Assembly (NCBI GenBank): GCA_944350265.1
Contig: CALVOG010000001.1
Coordinates: forward strand, 85,470-149,469
Reading direction: 5' to 3'
Origin: an uncultured Clostridia bacterium
GTDB lineage: Bacteria > Bacillota > Clostridia > Christensenellales > UBA1242
DNA length: 64,000 nt
Part shown: one piece after another, positions 9,627 to 18,968 of the stretch
How the letters are laid out: the number at the start of each line of letters is the position of its first letter
Position numbering within the stretch: the first letter of the stretch is position 1
Made by a program: the position numbers and the translations under genes
Notes under the pieces: model-generated
What the model was told of the DNA's origin: nothing
The model's database searches: none
Seen by the model: the letters and a program-made list of their open reading frames with translations, nothing else

Positions 9627-12023
9627 ATGAAAATTTCATATAATTGGCTTAGAGATTTTGTTGATATTAAAGTTAGCCCTGAAGAACTTGCTGAAAAACT
9701 CACCTTTTCGGGCTTTGAGGTTGAGGAGATTATTCACCAAAACGAACACTTGCACGATGTTTATGTTGGCAAGATTGTTAAGATTGAGAAACATAAGGAC
9801 GCCGACAAATTGCAGGTTTGCAGTGTGGATGTTGGCTTTAAAAAGGTGCAGATAATTACCTCAGCCACAAATGTTTTTGAAGGGGCGCTGGTGCCTGTTT
9901 CGCTTGATGGCGCGGACCTTTGCAATGGCGTGAAAATTAAGCCGACGAATTTTAGAGGCGTGAACAGCGACGGTATGTTTTGCTCTGGCGAGGAACTTGG
10001 TATTGACGAAAACTACATCGAGGGCGGTGGAGTCAATGGTATTTTGATTTTGCCTAATGATATGAAAATTGGCGCAAAAATTGAGGATGCGCTTCTTCTT
10101 AACGATGTTATTTTCGACATTAACATAACACCAAACAGACCCGATTGCAACAGCGTTGTTGGCATTGCGCGCGAAATTTCGGCAATCTATAACCTTCCAT
10201 TTAAGGACGCTGATTTGTCCTATGAAACGTGTGGAGGGGATGTGAACGACTTTGTCAGTGTGGAAGTTAAAACCAAAAAATGTCCAAGATATATGGCGTC
10301 GTATGTTAAAAATTTGGACTTGTCGCGCTCACCACTGCGCATTCGCTCGCGCCTCTTTGCTTCGGGGATTAAGCCGATAAATAAAATTGTTGACATCACA
10401 AACTATGTGCTTGTTGAGCAAGGTCAGCCGATGCACGCATTCGAATATCATCACCTTGATGGCAAGAAAATTGTGGTGCGTGACGCGAAAAAGGGCGAGC
10501 AAATTTCCGTTCTTAACGGTAGCACCTATTCGCTTAACGAAGAGGATATTGTTATCGCTGACAGCAAAAAGCCAGTGGTCATCGCGGGCGTTATTGGCGG
10601 GGTTAATTCTTGCGTTGAAAGTGGCACAAAGGAAACCGTTTTTGAGTGTGCGGTGTTCGACCTTAAAAGCGTGCGCCTCACAAGCAGAAAAATTGGCGTA
10701 AGCACCGATTCTTCGATGAGATATTCAAAGGGCGTTTATGTTGAAACGCCTGTCAACGCACTTAAACGCGCGCTCCATTTGGTGTGTGAACTTAAAGCGG
10801 GCGAGATTGTTGACGGCGTTATTGACAAGTGCAATGTGAAAACGAAAGAGCGCTCTTTCACCGCTTCAATTTCGAAAATTGACAAGATTTTGGGAGTGAA
10901 AATTGATAGGGAACGCGTGCTTCAAATTCTCAATAGTTTGGGCATTAAGTCAACGCTTTCGGGCGACAAACTCACCGTTAAACCGCCATATTACCGCGAG
11001 GATATTGAGTGCGAGAACGACATTGCCGAGGAACTTATTCGCATTTACGGTTATGATGTTTATAACAACATCGCGGGCGAGGCGTTTGAAAATTCGTCCG
11101 TCACTGTGGGTGCTTACGAGCCACGCCTTGTGATGGAAAACAATCTCAAAAATATCCTCGTCGATTTCGGTTTCTATGAAACACTCAACTATTCGCTTTA
11201 CTCCGCTTCGGCAATCGACAAACTTTTGATTGACGATGAGAGGAAAAATGTTATTAAAATTGCCAATCCAATCAGCGAGGAACTTTCGACCGTTCGCACG
11301 GTTATGGCGCACGCGCTTTTACTTGACATTAAGTATAACCTTTCAGTCGGCAACAAGGACCTTCGCTTCTTTGAGGCAGGAAGAGTTTATCAGCCAAAAT
11401 CGCTTCCACTCAGCGAACTTCCTGTTGAAAATAATCGTCTTTCCATTGCGGTTTGCGAGGAGGGGTATGACTTTTTCAAACTCAAAAACGTGGTGGAAAA
11501 CTTGCTTTTAACAACCTCGCTTACCTACTCCATTAAGCGCTCAACCGAGCCGTATCTTCACGGGGGGATTAGCGCGGACATCATAACTAGCGACGGCAAA
11601 AAAGTGGGATATTTTGGTAAAATACATCCAAAGGTTTTGAAAAATTACGATATTCAGACCGATGTCTACTACGCTGAACTTGACACCGACTATCTCGCAT
11701 CGCTCCCAGAAAAGCATTACTCTGTTAAGGAGGTTTCAAAGTTCGCTGAGGTTGAAAGAGATATCGCCGTTGTTGTTGACGAGGAGGTGACAAACGAGGA
11801 ACTCACCTCGGCGATTAAGTCCGCTTGCGGGAAGTTATATAACGGCGTGACGCTTTTTGACGTTTATCGCAGTGAAAGTTTGGGCGAAAATAAGAAAAGT
11901 TTGGCGTATAAAATTCACCTTTTGAACGAAGAAAAAACAATGACCGCGGAAGAGATTAATGCCGTTATCAATAAGGTTTTGAGGAGTTTGGAATTTAGAT
12001 ATAAGGCGAAACTGCGCGCGTGA
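9627..12023 (+). CDS. pheT: phenylalanine--tRNA ligase beta subunit
   Basis: 798 aa. Starts MKISYNWLRDFVD. A tRNA-binding OB domain, B3/4, B5 and a C-terminal anticodon-binding-like domain appear in the expected order. Confidence 0.95.
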   Translation: MKISYNWLRDFVDIKVSPEELAEKLTFSGFEVEEIIHQNEHLHDVYVGKIVKIEKHKDADKLQVCSVDVGFKKVQIITSATNVFEGALVPVSLDGADLCNGVKIKPTNFRGVNSDGMFCSGEELGIDENYIEGGGVNGILILPNDMKIGAKIEDALLLNDVIFDINITPNRPDCNSVVGIAREISAIYNLPFKDADLSYETCGGDVNDFVSVEVKTKKCPRYMASYVKNLDLSRSPLRIRSRLFASGIKPINKIVDITNYVLVEQGQPMHAFEYHHLDGKKIVVRDAKKGEQISVLNGSTYSLNEEDIVIADSKKPVVIAGVIGGVNSCVESGTKETVFECAVFDLKSVRLTSRKIGVSTDSSMRYSKGVYVETPVNALKRALHLVCELKAGEIVDGVIDKCNVKTKERSFTASISKIDKILGVKIDRERVLQILNSLGIKSTLSGDKLTVKPPYYREDIECENDIAEELIRIYGYDVYNNIAGEAFENSSVTVGAYEPRLVMENNLKNILVDFGFYETLNYSLYSASAIDKLLIDDERKNVIKIANPISEELSTVRTVMAHALLLDIKYNLSVGNKDLRFFEAGRVYQPKSLPLSELPVENNRLSIAVCEEGYDFFKLKNVVENLLLTTSLTYSIKRSTEPYLHGGISADIITSDGKKVGYFGKIHPKVLKNYDIQTDVYYAELDTDYLASLPEKHYSVKEVSKFAEVERDIAVVVDEEVTNEELTSAIKSACGKLYNGVTLFDVYRSESLGENKKSLAYKIHLLNEEKTMTAEEINAVINKVLRSLEFRYKAKLRA

Positions 12024-12135
12024 TTATTTGAAATAGACTACAAACAGTCGCTTGCTAAAATTTTGTCTTTTTGATGTGTTAAACATTATGTGCCAGGTGT
12101 TTATTAAAATTTATGGTTTCTTAAAGGGCGAGAGT

Positions 12136-13257
12136 ATGATTTTTTTGGATAACGCGGGAACAACAAAGATGTTTGATGAGTGCGGGGCGACCTACACTCA
12201 TTTTGCGTGCGAGGAATTTTTTAATCCGTCCGCGGTGTCGAGGGAAAGTGCGCGCGTGCATAGCGAAATTGAGAGCGCAAGGCGGGTGTGTCTTAAAAAA
12301 TTGGGTGCGCTCACTGGCACTGTCATTTTCACAAGCGGGGCAACGGAGAGCAATAACCTTGCAATCAAGGGTTCGAAAAAAAATGGCGATTTTGAGTATG
12401 TTTTTTCGTATGGCGAGCATCCGTCGGTCTTTAATGTTGCAAGAAGTTTGGAATTATCTGGGCAAAAAGTGCATTTTGTTGACCTAAATGAGGCTGGCAA
12501 GGTGGACACCGAAAAACTAAAAGAGGTGTTGTCGCCAAAAACACGCCTTATAAGCATTATGCTTGTCAGCAATGAAACGGGCGCAATCAATGATGTGAAG
12601 GAAATTGTCGCACTTAAAAATCAATATGCGCCTCGCGCAGTTGTGCATATCGACGCCGTGCAGGGTTTTATGAAAATTCCCTTTTCGGTGGAAGATTTGG
12701 GCGTGGATATGGTTTCCTTCAGCGCGCATAAATTCCACGGACCGAAGGGGGTTGGCGGGCTTTATGTTCGCAATCTAAACCTCATAAAAAACATTGTTGA
12801 CGGTGGCGGGCAGGAGTATAACTTGCGCTCGGGAACGGAAAATGTGCCAGCAATTATGGCGATGAAAACGGCACTTGAAAAAATTGACGTTAAAGAAAAT
12901 TTTAAGCGAACAGCTCATCTTAAAGAGGTTTTCAATGAAACGCTTGAGAATTGTGAGGGCATTAAAATTTTGGACTTTGGCGGGTCGCCGTATATTGAAG
13001 TTTTGCTCTTTTCTTGCGTCAAAGGCGAAACAATGCTTCACGCGCTTGACGAAAAGGGTGTTATTGTGGGGCTTGGAAGCGCTTGTTCGGCGAAAAAAGC
13101 GGGCAATCGAATTTTAGAAAATATTGGGTATAATAAAGAGGAAATCATCTCGTCGGTGCGAATTAGTTTTAATGCGTATATGACCGAAGACGAGGTGAAA
13201 TCGGCGGGCGAAATAATTAAAAAAACGTATGCCGAAATGCTTGAGAGGTTAAAGTGA
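12136..13257 (+). CDS. cysteine desulfurase (class V aminotransferase, NifS/IscS-like), paired with thiI
   Basis: SAHKFHGPKGVGGLYV carries the PLP lysine and GSACSAKK the active-site Cys. Start moved to the ATG at 12136 (MIFLDNAGTT), which follows AAAGGGCGAGAG. The stop overlaps the thiI start. Confidence 0.85.
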   Translation: MIFLDNAGTTKMFDECGATYTHFACEEFFNPSAVSRESARVHSEIESARRVCLKKLGALTGTVIFTSGATESNNLAIKGSKKNGDFEYVFSYGEHPSVFNVARSLELSGQKVHFVDLNEAGKVDTEKLKEVLSPKTRLISIMLVSNETGAINDVKEIVALKNQYAPRAVVHIDAVQGFMKIPFSVEDLGVDMVSFSAHKFHGPKGVGGLYVRNLNLIKNIVDGGGQEYNLRSGTENVPAIMAMKTALEKIDVKENFKRTAHLKEVFNETLENCEGIKILDFGGSPYIEVLLFSCVKGETMLHALDEKGVIVGLGSACSAKKAGNRILENIGYNKEEIISSVRISFNAYMTEDEVKSAGEIIKKTYAEMLERLK

Positions 13258-14426
13258 TGGAAGAGAAGATAGTTTTACTTTTGAAATTCGGCGAACTGTT
13301 TTTGAAGGGCAAAAATAAGCACGAATTTGAAAAATTGTTGATGATGAACATTCGCCGTAAGTTAAGCGGTTATGCTTTTTCGCTGGAGTTCACAAGCGGG
13401 CGTATGATTGTTGAAAATTACGACGAAAGCGAAGAGAAAATTCTTATCGAAAAATTGAAAACCACTTTTGGGCTTATTGCCATCTCGCGCGCGGTGGAAA
13501 TTGATGGCGATTTTGAGAACATTAAAAAATATGTGTCCTCGCTTGAAGTCTCTGGCTCGTTTAGGGTGAGTGCGAAGCGTGCCGATAAGCGCTATCCACA
13601 CACGTCAATCGAAATTGAAAAGGCACTCGGTGAGGTGGTTCTCAATTCGAACGCTGGCGCGAAGGTGGACCTTCACACGCCAAAAACTATCCTCTTTGTG
13701 GAGGTGAGGTTTAACGGCAAGTGCTATGTTTATTACGACAACATAAAGTGCGCGGGTGGTTTGCCACTCGGCTCGGGCGGGCGCGCGCTTCTTCTTTTGT
13801 CGGGCGGAATTGACAGCCCTGTTGCGGGCTATATGATGGCAAAACGCGGGCTGAAAATTGAGGCGGTGCATTTTCATTCCTATCCTTACACCAGCGAGCA
13901 GGCAAAAGAAAAGGTGGTGGAACTTGCGCGCATTCTCACAAATTACGTTGACGAAATTAAATTACATATTATTTCTTTCACCAAAATTCAAGAGCAAATT
14001 CATATGAACTGCGACGCCGACTATATGATAACAATTATGCGCCGAATTATGATGCGAATTGCCGAGAGGCTGTGCCTTAAAAATGACCTCGGCGCCATTA
14101 TCACAGGCGAAAGTTTGGGGCAGGTTGCAAGTCAAACTATGCAGAGCATAAATGTGACAAACTCGGTGGTTTCGCTTCCTGTTTTTCGTCCGCTTATTGC
14201 GTTTGACAAGGAAGATATTATGGAAATTGCCAAAAATATCGGCACTTACGACACCTCAATTTTGCCTTATGAAGATTGTTGCACTGTGTTTTTGCCGAAA
14301 TATCCTGTTATTAAGCCAACCATAAAAAGGGCAGAACATCTTGAAAAGTTTTTAAATATCGACCTCTTAGTAAACGAGGCGATTAATAACGAAGAGGTTT
14401 TACTAATTAAGCAAAACGAAATTTAA
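13254..14426 (+). CDS. thiI: tRNA 4-thiouridine(8) synthase
   Basis: A THUMP-like N-terminus, the PP-loop LLSGGIDSPVAG, and no rhodanese domain. 390 aa. Confidence 0.9.
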   Translation: MMEEKIVLLLKFGELFLKGKNKHEFEKLLMMNIRRKLSGYAFSLEFTSGRMIVENYDESEEKILIEKLKTTFGLIAISRAVEIDGDFENIKKYVSSLEVSGSFRVSAKRADKRYPHTSIEIEKALGEVVLNSNAGAKVDLHTPKTILFVEVRFNGKCYVYYDNIKCAGGLPLGSGGRALLLLSGGIDSPVAGYMMAKRGLKIEAVHFHSYPYTSEQAKEKVVELARILTNYVDEIKLHIISFTKIQEQIHMNCDADYMITIMRRIMMRIAERLCLKNDLGAIITGESLGQVASQTMQSINVTNSVVSLPVFRPLIAFDKEDIMEIAKNIGTYDTSILPYEDCCTVFLPKYPVIKPTIKRAEHLEKFLNIDLLVNEAINNEEVLLIKQNEI

Positions 14427-14520
14427 GAGTGGTTCAACCTAAGAATGATATATAACTGTCATACCTACGGAATAAGCAATACTACGTGTTAAGCGATACA
14501 GCGTGATTATAATAAAGTCC

Positions 14521-14578
14521 ATACCGCAAGGCGATATAATTAAATGTCATTCTGAGCAAAGAGCAGGGCGACGCCATT
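14521..14578 (+). repeat. GTCATTCTGAG-family mosaic repeat, copy 1 (forward, variant with GAGCAAAGAGCAGGGCGACG)
   Basis: Core GTCATTCTGAG starts at 14546, preceded by the left module ATACCGCAAGGCGATAT. Boundaries are approximate. Confidence 0.8.
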
Positions 14579-14639
14579 GTAATGATAAAGCGCGCTTGGA
14601 TGGGTGATGTATAAAGTTTAGATGTATTATGCTAAAAAA

Positions 14640-14730
14640 AGAGGAGACATTAGACATCCGCGGGCGGGCGCTACGACGAGATTCTTCGCTCCGCTCAGAA
14701 TGACAAGCAAGCCAATAGTCCTTACGGTAT
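14640..14730 (-). repeat. GTCATTCTGAG-family mosaic repeat, copy 2 (reverse)
   Basis: AGAGGAGACATTAGACATCCGCGGGCGGGCGCTACGACGAGATTCTTCGCTCCGCTCAGAATGAC, core at 14694-14704, then CCAATAGTCCTTACGGTAT. Confidence 0.85.
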
Positions 14731-14852
14731 AATCAACATAGCCTAACACGCTAAACATCAAAAAAGTGGCGACGCCACCTTGCAAAAAATGGGATATTTA
14801 TAAAATTGAAATCTATATTATTTCACTTTTTTAAATTTATATAAAAAATTAA

Positions 14853-14945
14853 TGTATAAATATGCAAAAATACGCTTGCATATTTATTAATTTTATTGTA
14901 TAATAATTAAAACGGGATGTATAAATATCAATTTATATTTATGCA
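14853..14945 (+). promoter_or_regulatory. ARG-box-like palindromes upstream of argR (candidate autoregulatory operator)
   Basis: ATAAATATGCA (14856-66) and its exact reverse complement TGCATATTTAT (14877-87). A second palindrome TGTATAAATAT-N6-ATATTTATGCA lies at 14918-14945. The 14-mers resemble TGAATAAAAATTCA. TGTATAAT (14897-14904) looks like an extended -10 box. Confidence 0.4.
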
Positions 14946-14999
14946 AAATCTTCTATGAGCGCCTAAAATAGGCGCTTGTAGCCGTTGAGGAGAGGGCGT

Positions 15000-15452
15000 A
15001 TGGCACGCAGTTTAAGGCAGTCAAAAATTTTGGAATTAATCTCTTTGAAAGAGATTGAAACACAAGATGAACTTGCAAGAGAACTTAAAAATGCCAATTT
15101 TGACATCACACAAGCAACAATTTCAAGGGATATTAAGGAACTTGGGCTGACAAAAATTCTTTCTTCAAGCGGAAAGTATAAATACGCCATTTTGGGCGCT
15201 GAACTGCAAGGCGTGTCGGGCAAATACATCAACATCTTCAAAGAGTGTGTGATTTCGGTGAAAAATGCGCTGAATTTTGCCGTGGTTAAAACTATAAAAG
15301 GTATGGGCGCCAGCGTCGCGTCTTTCATAGACAAACTCAACTTAATCGACCTTATGGGAACCACCTTTGGCGATGACACTGTGCTTTTAATCTTTCCGTC
15401 CACCGCAAAATCAAGCGAGGCGGTCGTGGCGCTTAACAATATTTTGGTTTAA
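15000..15452 (+). CDS. argR: arginine repressor
   Basis: The winged-helix N-terminus reads RQSKILELI...TQDELARELK...ATISRDIKELGL. The C-terminal oligomerisation domain contains GTTFGDDTVLLI. The ATG at 15000 follows GAGGAGAGGG. Confidence 0.9.
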   Translation: MARSLRQSKILELISLKEIETQDELARELKNANFDITQATISRDIKELGLTKILSSSGKYKYAILGAELQGVSGKYINIFKECVISVKNALNFAVVKTIKGMGASVASFIDKLNLIDLMGTTFGDDTVLLIFPSTAKSSEAVVALNNILV

Positions 15453-15461
15453 GGAGGAAGT

Positions 15462-17114
15462 ATGCTTTCTTCTCTTTTTATTTCTAATCTTGCGCTCATA
15501 AAAAATTGCGAAGTCAACTTTCACAGTGGGCTTAATGTTATTTTGGGTCAATCGGGCGCTGGAAAAAGCATTCTCATCGACGCAATAAGTTTCGTTTTGG
15601 GCGCAAAGGCGGATAAGTCACTTTTAAGAACGGGCGAAAATATGATGAAAGTTGAGGCGGTTTTTGACAATTTGACCGAAAAGACCAAGGCTAAACTTAC
15701 CGATTATGGCATAGATTTTGACGACCAACTTGTTTTGTCGCGAACATTTTCTGCCGATGGCAAAAGCGTGATTCGCGCGAATGGCTCGGTTGTGATTTTG
15801 AAAACCCTCAAAGATATCACCGAAAGTTTTGTGGATTTTTGCGGTCAGCACGACAGCGTTGGGCTTTTAAACTCAAATAACCACCTTTTACTTTTGGATA
15901 AGTTTATCGGCAAAGAGGCGGAAGAATACTTAAAAATTTTGAGCGAGCAATTCGACGAACTTCAAACGATTGATAAAAAAATTAAATCGCTAGGCGGGGA
16001 TGATGCCGAGCGCAACAGGCTTAAAGAGATTTTGAAATTTCAAATTGCGGAAATTGAGTCCGCGTCACTTACCGATGGCGAGGAGGAAGAACTCAAAGAA
16101 AAATTTGACTACATATCTTCCGCTGAAAAGATAAGCGAAAACGTTGGCGAGGCGCTTAACCTTTTAGAGCACGGCAATTTTTCGGCGTCAACGGCGGTTT
16201 TTGAGGCGAAAACGCTTTTAAGTCAACTTAGAAATTTTGAAAATATCGCCGAATGCGAGGAGAGGCTGAATTCCGCTTACTACGAACTTAAAGACATCGC
16301 CGAAACGCTGGAAGGTGTTTTGAATGGCACCGATTACGACCCGATAAGTTTGGAGCGTATCGACAAGCGCCTTGATTTAATTAAAGATTTGAAGCGTAAA
16401 TATGGAAAAAATATCGCTGAAATTTTGTCGTTCAAAGACGACGCAAAGGCGAAACTTGATGACCTACTCGAGAGCGCTGACATATTACAAAAACTTTCCG
16501 CCGAGAGAAACGCATTGTGCGAAAAAATAGATGAAATCGCGCAAAAACTTTCCTCATTACGCAAACTTAAAGCGAAAGATTTGGAGAGGCAAATTGAAAA
16601 TGAACTTGCCGACCTTCAAATGCAAGGCACGTCTTTCCGCGTCCATTTTGAAAAAATCAACCCAACGCGAAAAGGCGAAGATGAGGTTAAGTTCGTGTTC
16701 TCCGCAAATGCTGGGCAAGAACTTAAGGACCTTTCAAAAACCGCGTCGGGCGGTGAACTTTCAAGGCTCCTTCTTGCGTTTAAGAACATAATTAAGGACT
16801 CTCAAAGCACCATCATCTTCGACGAAATAGACTCTGGCATAAGCGGGCAAACGGCGGGCAAGGTGGCGGAAAAACTGCAAAATATCTCAAAATATCTTCA
16901 AACCATCCTAATTACGCACACGCCAGTGGTGGCGTCGAAGGGGAGTCACTTCATCCTTGTGACAAAGGCTATCGAGGCGGGCGAAGCAATTTCAGTGGCA
17001 AGAAAAATTGAGGGAGAAGAGGTTGTTGTTGAGATTGCCTCGCTTATCGACGGCGGGGAAAATATCTCTCAAACTGCCATAAATCACGCCAAAGAATTGT
17101 TGTTGAAGAAGTAG
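15462..17114 (+). CDS. recN: DNA repair protein RecN
   Basis: Walker A GQSGAGKS, a long coiled-coil, the signature SGGELSRLLLA and Walker B IIFDEIDSGISG. The argR-recN order is typical of Firmicutes. Confidence 0.95.
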   Translation: MLSSLFISNLALIKNCEVNFHSGLNVILGQSGAGKSILIDAISFVLGAKADKSLLRTGENMMKVEAVFDNLTEKTKAKLTDYGIDFDDQLVLSRTFSADGKSVIRANGSVVILKTLKDITESFVDFCGQHDSVGLLNSNNHLLLLDKFIGKEAEEYLKILSEQFDELQTIDKKIKSLGGDDAERNRLKEILKFQIAEIESASLTDGEEEELKEKFDYISSAEKISENVGEALNLLEHGNFSASTAVFEAKTLLSQLRNFENIAECEERLNSAYYELKDIAETLEGVLNGTDYDPISLERIDKRLDLIKDLKRKYGKNIAEILSFKDDAKAKLDDLLESADILQKLSAERNALCEKIDEIAQKLSSLRKLKAKDLERQIENELADLQMQGTSFRVHFEKINPTRKGEDEVKFVFSANAGQELKDLSKTASGGELSRLLLAFKNIIKDSQSTIIFDEIDSGISGQTAGKVAEKLQNISKYLQTILITHTPVVASKGSHFILVTKAIEAGEAISVARKIEGEEVVVEIASLIDGGENISQTAINHAKELLLKK

Positions 17115-17135
17115 ATAAAAATAGGAGAGTTTAAA

Positions 17136-17594
17136 ATGGAAAAGAAAAGAGAGCGTGCAAGAGCAATAATTATTCATAACGGCAAACTTATTACAATGTA
17201 TCGTGAGAAAAAGGGCAGGATTTATTATACTTTTCCTGGCGGTGGTATGGAAGAAAAGGAAAGCGAGGAAGATTGCGTAAAACGCGAAGTGTTCGAAGAA
17301 TTTGGTATCATTGTGAAAACAATCAAAAAGGTTTACACTTACGAAAATAAAATTAGCAAAGAACATTTTTATCTTGCAGAATGGCTTTCTGGTAAGTTCG
17401 GCTCTGGCGAGGGTGAAGAGTTTCAGGCTAATCAAAATAATGGTGTTTATATACCAAAGTTTATTAAAATTTCTGACATACCAATGCTTCCGCTTATGCC
17501 ACCAGAAGTGGCTTCCGCTTTCTATTCTGACTACATAAAAAACGGCAAGAACATTCGAAAAGATGTGAAGTTTGTTTTTGGTGAGATAAAGTAA
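17136..17594 (+). CDS. NUDIX hydrolase
   Basis: Nudix box GGGMEEKESEEDCVKREVFEEFG. Confidence 0.85.
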   Translation: MEKKRERARAIIIHNGKLITMYREKKGRIYYTFPGGGMEEKESEEDCVKREVFEEFGIIVKTIKKVYTYENKISKEHFYLAEWLSGKFGSGEGEEFQANQNNGVYIPKFIKISDIPMLPLMPPEVASAFYSDYIKNGKNIRKDVKFVFGEIK

Positions 17595-17636
17595 CTTTGC
17601 GGAATAAACAATATAATCCGCACTTTTACTATTTGT

Positions 17637-17665
17637 TTGACAAAATTTTTAAAATGATTTAAACT
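17637..17665 (+). promoter_or_regulatory. sigma-A type promoter of ruvC
   Basis: TTGACA, 17 nt spacer, TAAACT. The ruvC ATG begins 7 nt after the -10 hexamer and there is no SD. Confidence 0.55.
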
Positions 17666-17671
17666 ACTACT

Positions 17672-18160
17672 ATGAGAGTTTTAGGTATTGACCCGGGCTA
17701 TGCGATTGTTGGCTATGGGATTATTGAAACAAGCGAAAATAACAGGGTGATTGACTATGGTGTTATCGAAACGCCAAAGGAGGACCCGTTGCCAATCCGC
17801 CTTCAACATATCGACGAGGCGCTTAGGGTTATCTTTGAAACTTATAGGCCCGAAGAAGTGGCGATTGAGGAACTTTTCTATTTCAAAAACCAAAAAACTG
17901 TCATTCAGGTGGCGCAGGCGAGAGGGGTGATTGTGCTTGCAAGCCAAAAATATTGCGGGCGCACTTTCGAATATACTCCAATTCAAATTAAGCAGGCGCT
18001 AACGGGCAACGGACACGCCGACAAGCGCCAAATGCAATATATGGTCAAAAGCGTTTTGGGGCTTAAAGATATTCCGCGCCCAGACGACGCCGCCGACGCA
18101 CTTGCTGTTGCTATTTGTCACGGGCAGATTAATCCAAGGCTAAATTTTAATATGATTTAA
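17672..18160 (+). CDS. ruvC: crossover junction endodeoxyribonuclease RuvC
   Basis: MRVLGIDPGYAIVGYGI, the acidic catalytic residues, and DAADALAVAICH. Confidence 0.95.
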   Translation: MRVLGIDPGYAIVGYGIIETSENNRVIDYGVIETPKEDPLPIRLQHIDEALRVIFETYRPEEVAIEELFYFKNQKTVIQVAQARGVIVLASQKYCGRTFEYTPIQIKQALTGNGHADKRQMQYMVKSVLGLKDIPRPDDAADALAVAICHGQINPRLNFNMI

Positions 18161-18352
18161 TATGAGATTAAGTGCTTGATTGTCAATTCACTAATTGTTA
18201 ATAAAATTAACTAACAAAGCCTTTGAAATTAACCTAATAATCTTTAAAATTAGCCTAAAAGGTCCAGTTGATTGAGAGAATGTCCGTTAAAAATTTGCTT
18301 AAAAATTTTATAACTAACCATTGACTTTATAACTAAATTTTTGTGAGGAATT

Positions 18353-18958
18353 ATGATTTCATTTTTAGTGGGAACGATTGAAGAAAAATACGAAAATACC
18401 CTCGTTTTGGATGTCGGCGGGGTGGGATATGAACTGCAAATTTCCAACAGTTCGCTTGTTGCTTTGCCCGACGCTAACGAAACAACGAAGGTCTACACCT
18501 ACCTCCACGTCAAGGAGGACGGCATTGCGCTATATGGTTTTGCCACGGTTGAAGAGAAGGCGATTTTTATGAAACTTATCACCGTTTCGGGCGTTGGGCC
18601 AAAAATGGCGATTTCCATACTTTCGGGTATGAAACTCAGCGACCTCATTGTGGCGATAACGCGCGAGGATGTTTCGCTTTTATCGAAAATCAAAGGGCTT
18701 GGCAAAAAGACGGCGGAGCGCGTCTGCCTCGAACTTAAGGACAAAATTTCGGCGGTTGGCTATGGCACTGACCTATTTAACTATAAGGAAAACCTCGACA
18801 ATTTCTATGATGAAAATGCGCTTAACGACGCGGTGGAAACGCTTATAAATTTGGGCGTAAACAAAAACGAAGCGTATAAACTCGCCCGCGCGAACGCAGG
18901 TGACGGCGCCACGGCGGAGGAAATCATCCTTAAAGTTTTGCGCTATTTGGGTAGATAG
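18353..18958 (+). CDS. ruvA: Holliday junction branch migration complex subunit RuvA
   Basis: MISFLVGTIEEK, the HhH motifs VSGVGPKMA and IKGLGKKTAERV, and a C-terminal domain III. Confidence 0.95.
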   Translation: MISFLVGTIEEKYENTLVLDVGGVGYELQISNSSLVALPDANETTKVYTYLHVKEDGIALYGFATVEEKAIFMKLITVSGVGPKMAISILSGMKLSDLIVAITREDVSLLSKIKGLGKKTAERVCLELKDKISAVGYGTDLFNYKENLDNFYDENALNDAVETLINLGVNKNEAYKLARANAGDGATAEEIILKVLRYLGR

Positions 18959-18968
18959 GAGGTGAGTT

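Noticed and set aside
12052-12135. 28-codon N-terminal extension of the cysteine desulfurase ORF. Similar extensions occur at 14985 (argR), 21569 (tgt), 31637 (methyltransferase), 32479 (rluA), 39221 (comM), 38968 (ABC) and 62767 (tig).
   Set aside because: In each case a downstream ATG is preceded by a good SD at proper spacing, and family homology begins there. Several of the upstream start codons lie within promoters or preceding genes.
14963-15439. 158-aa ORF antisense to argR
   Set aside because: It is a shadow of argR on the opposite strand. argR has clear family motifs and an SD, and the antisense product is low-complexity.
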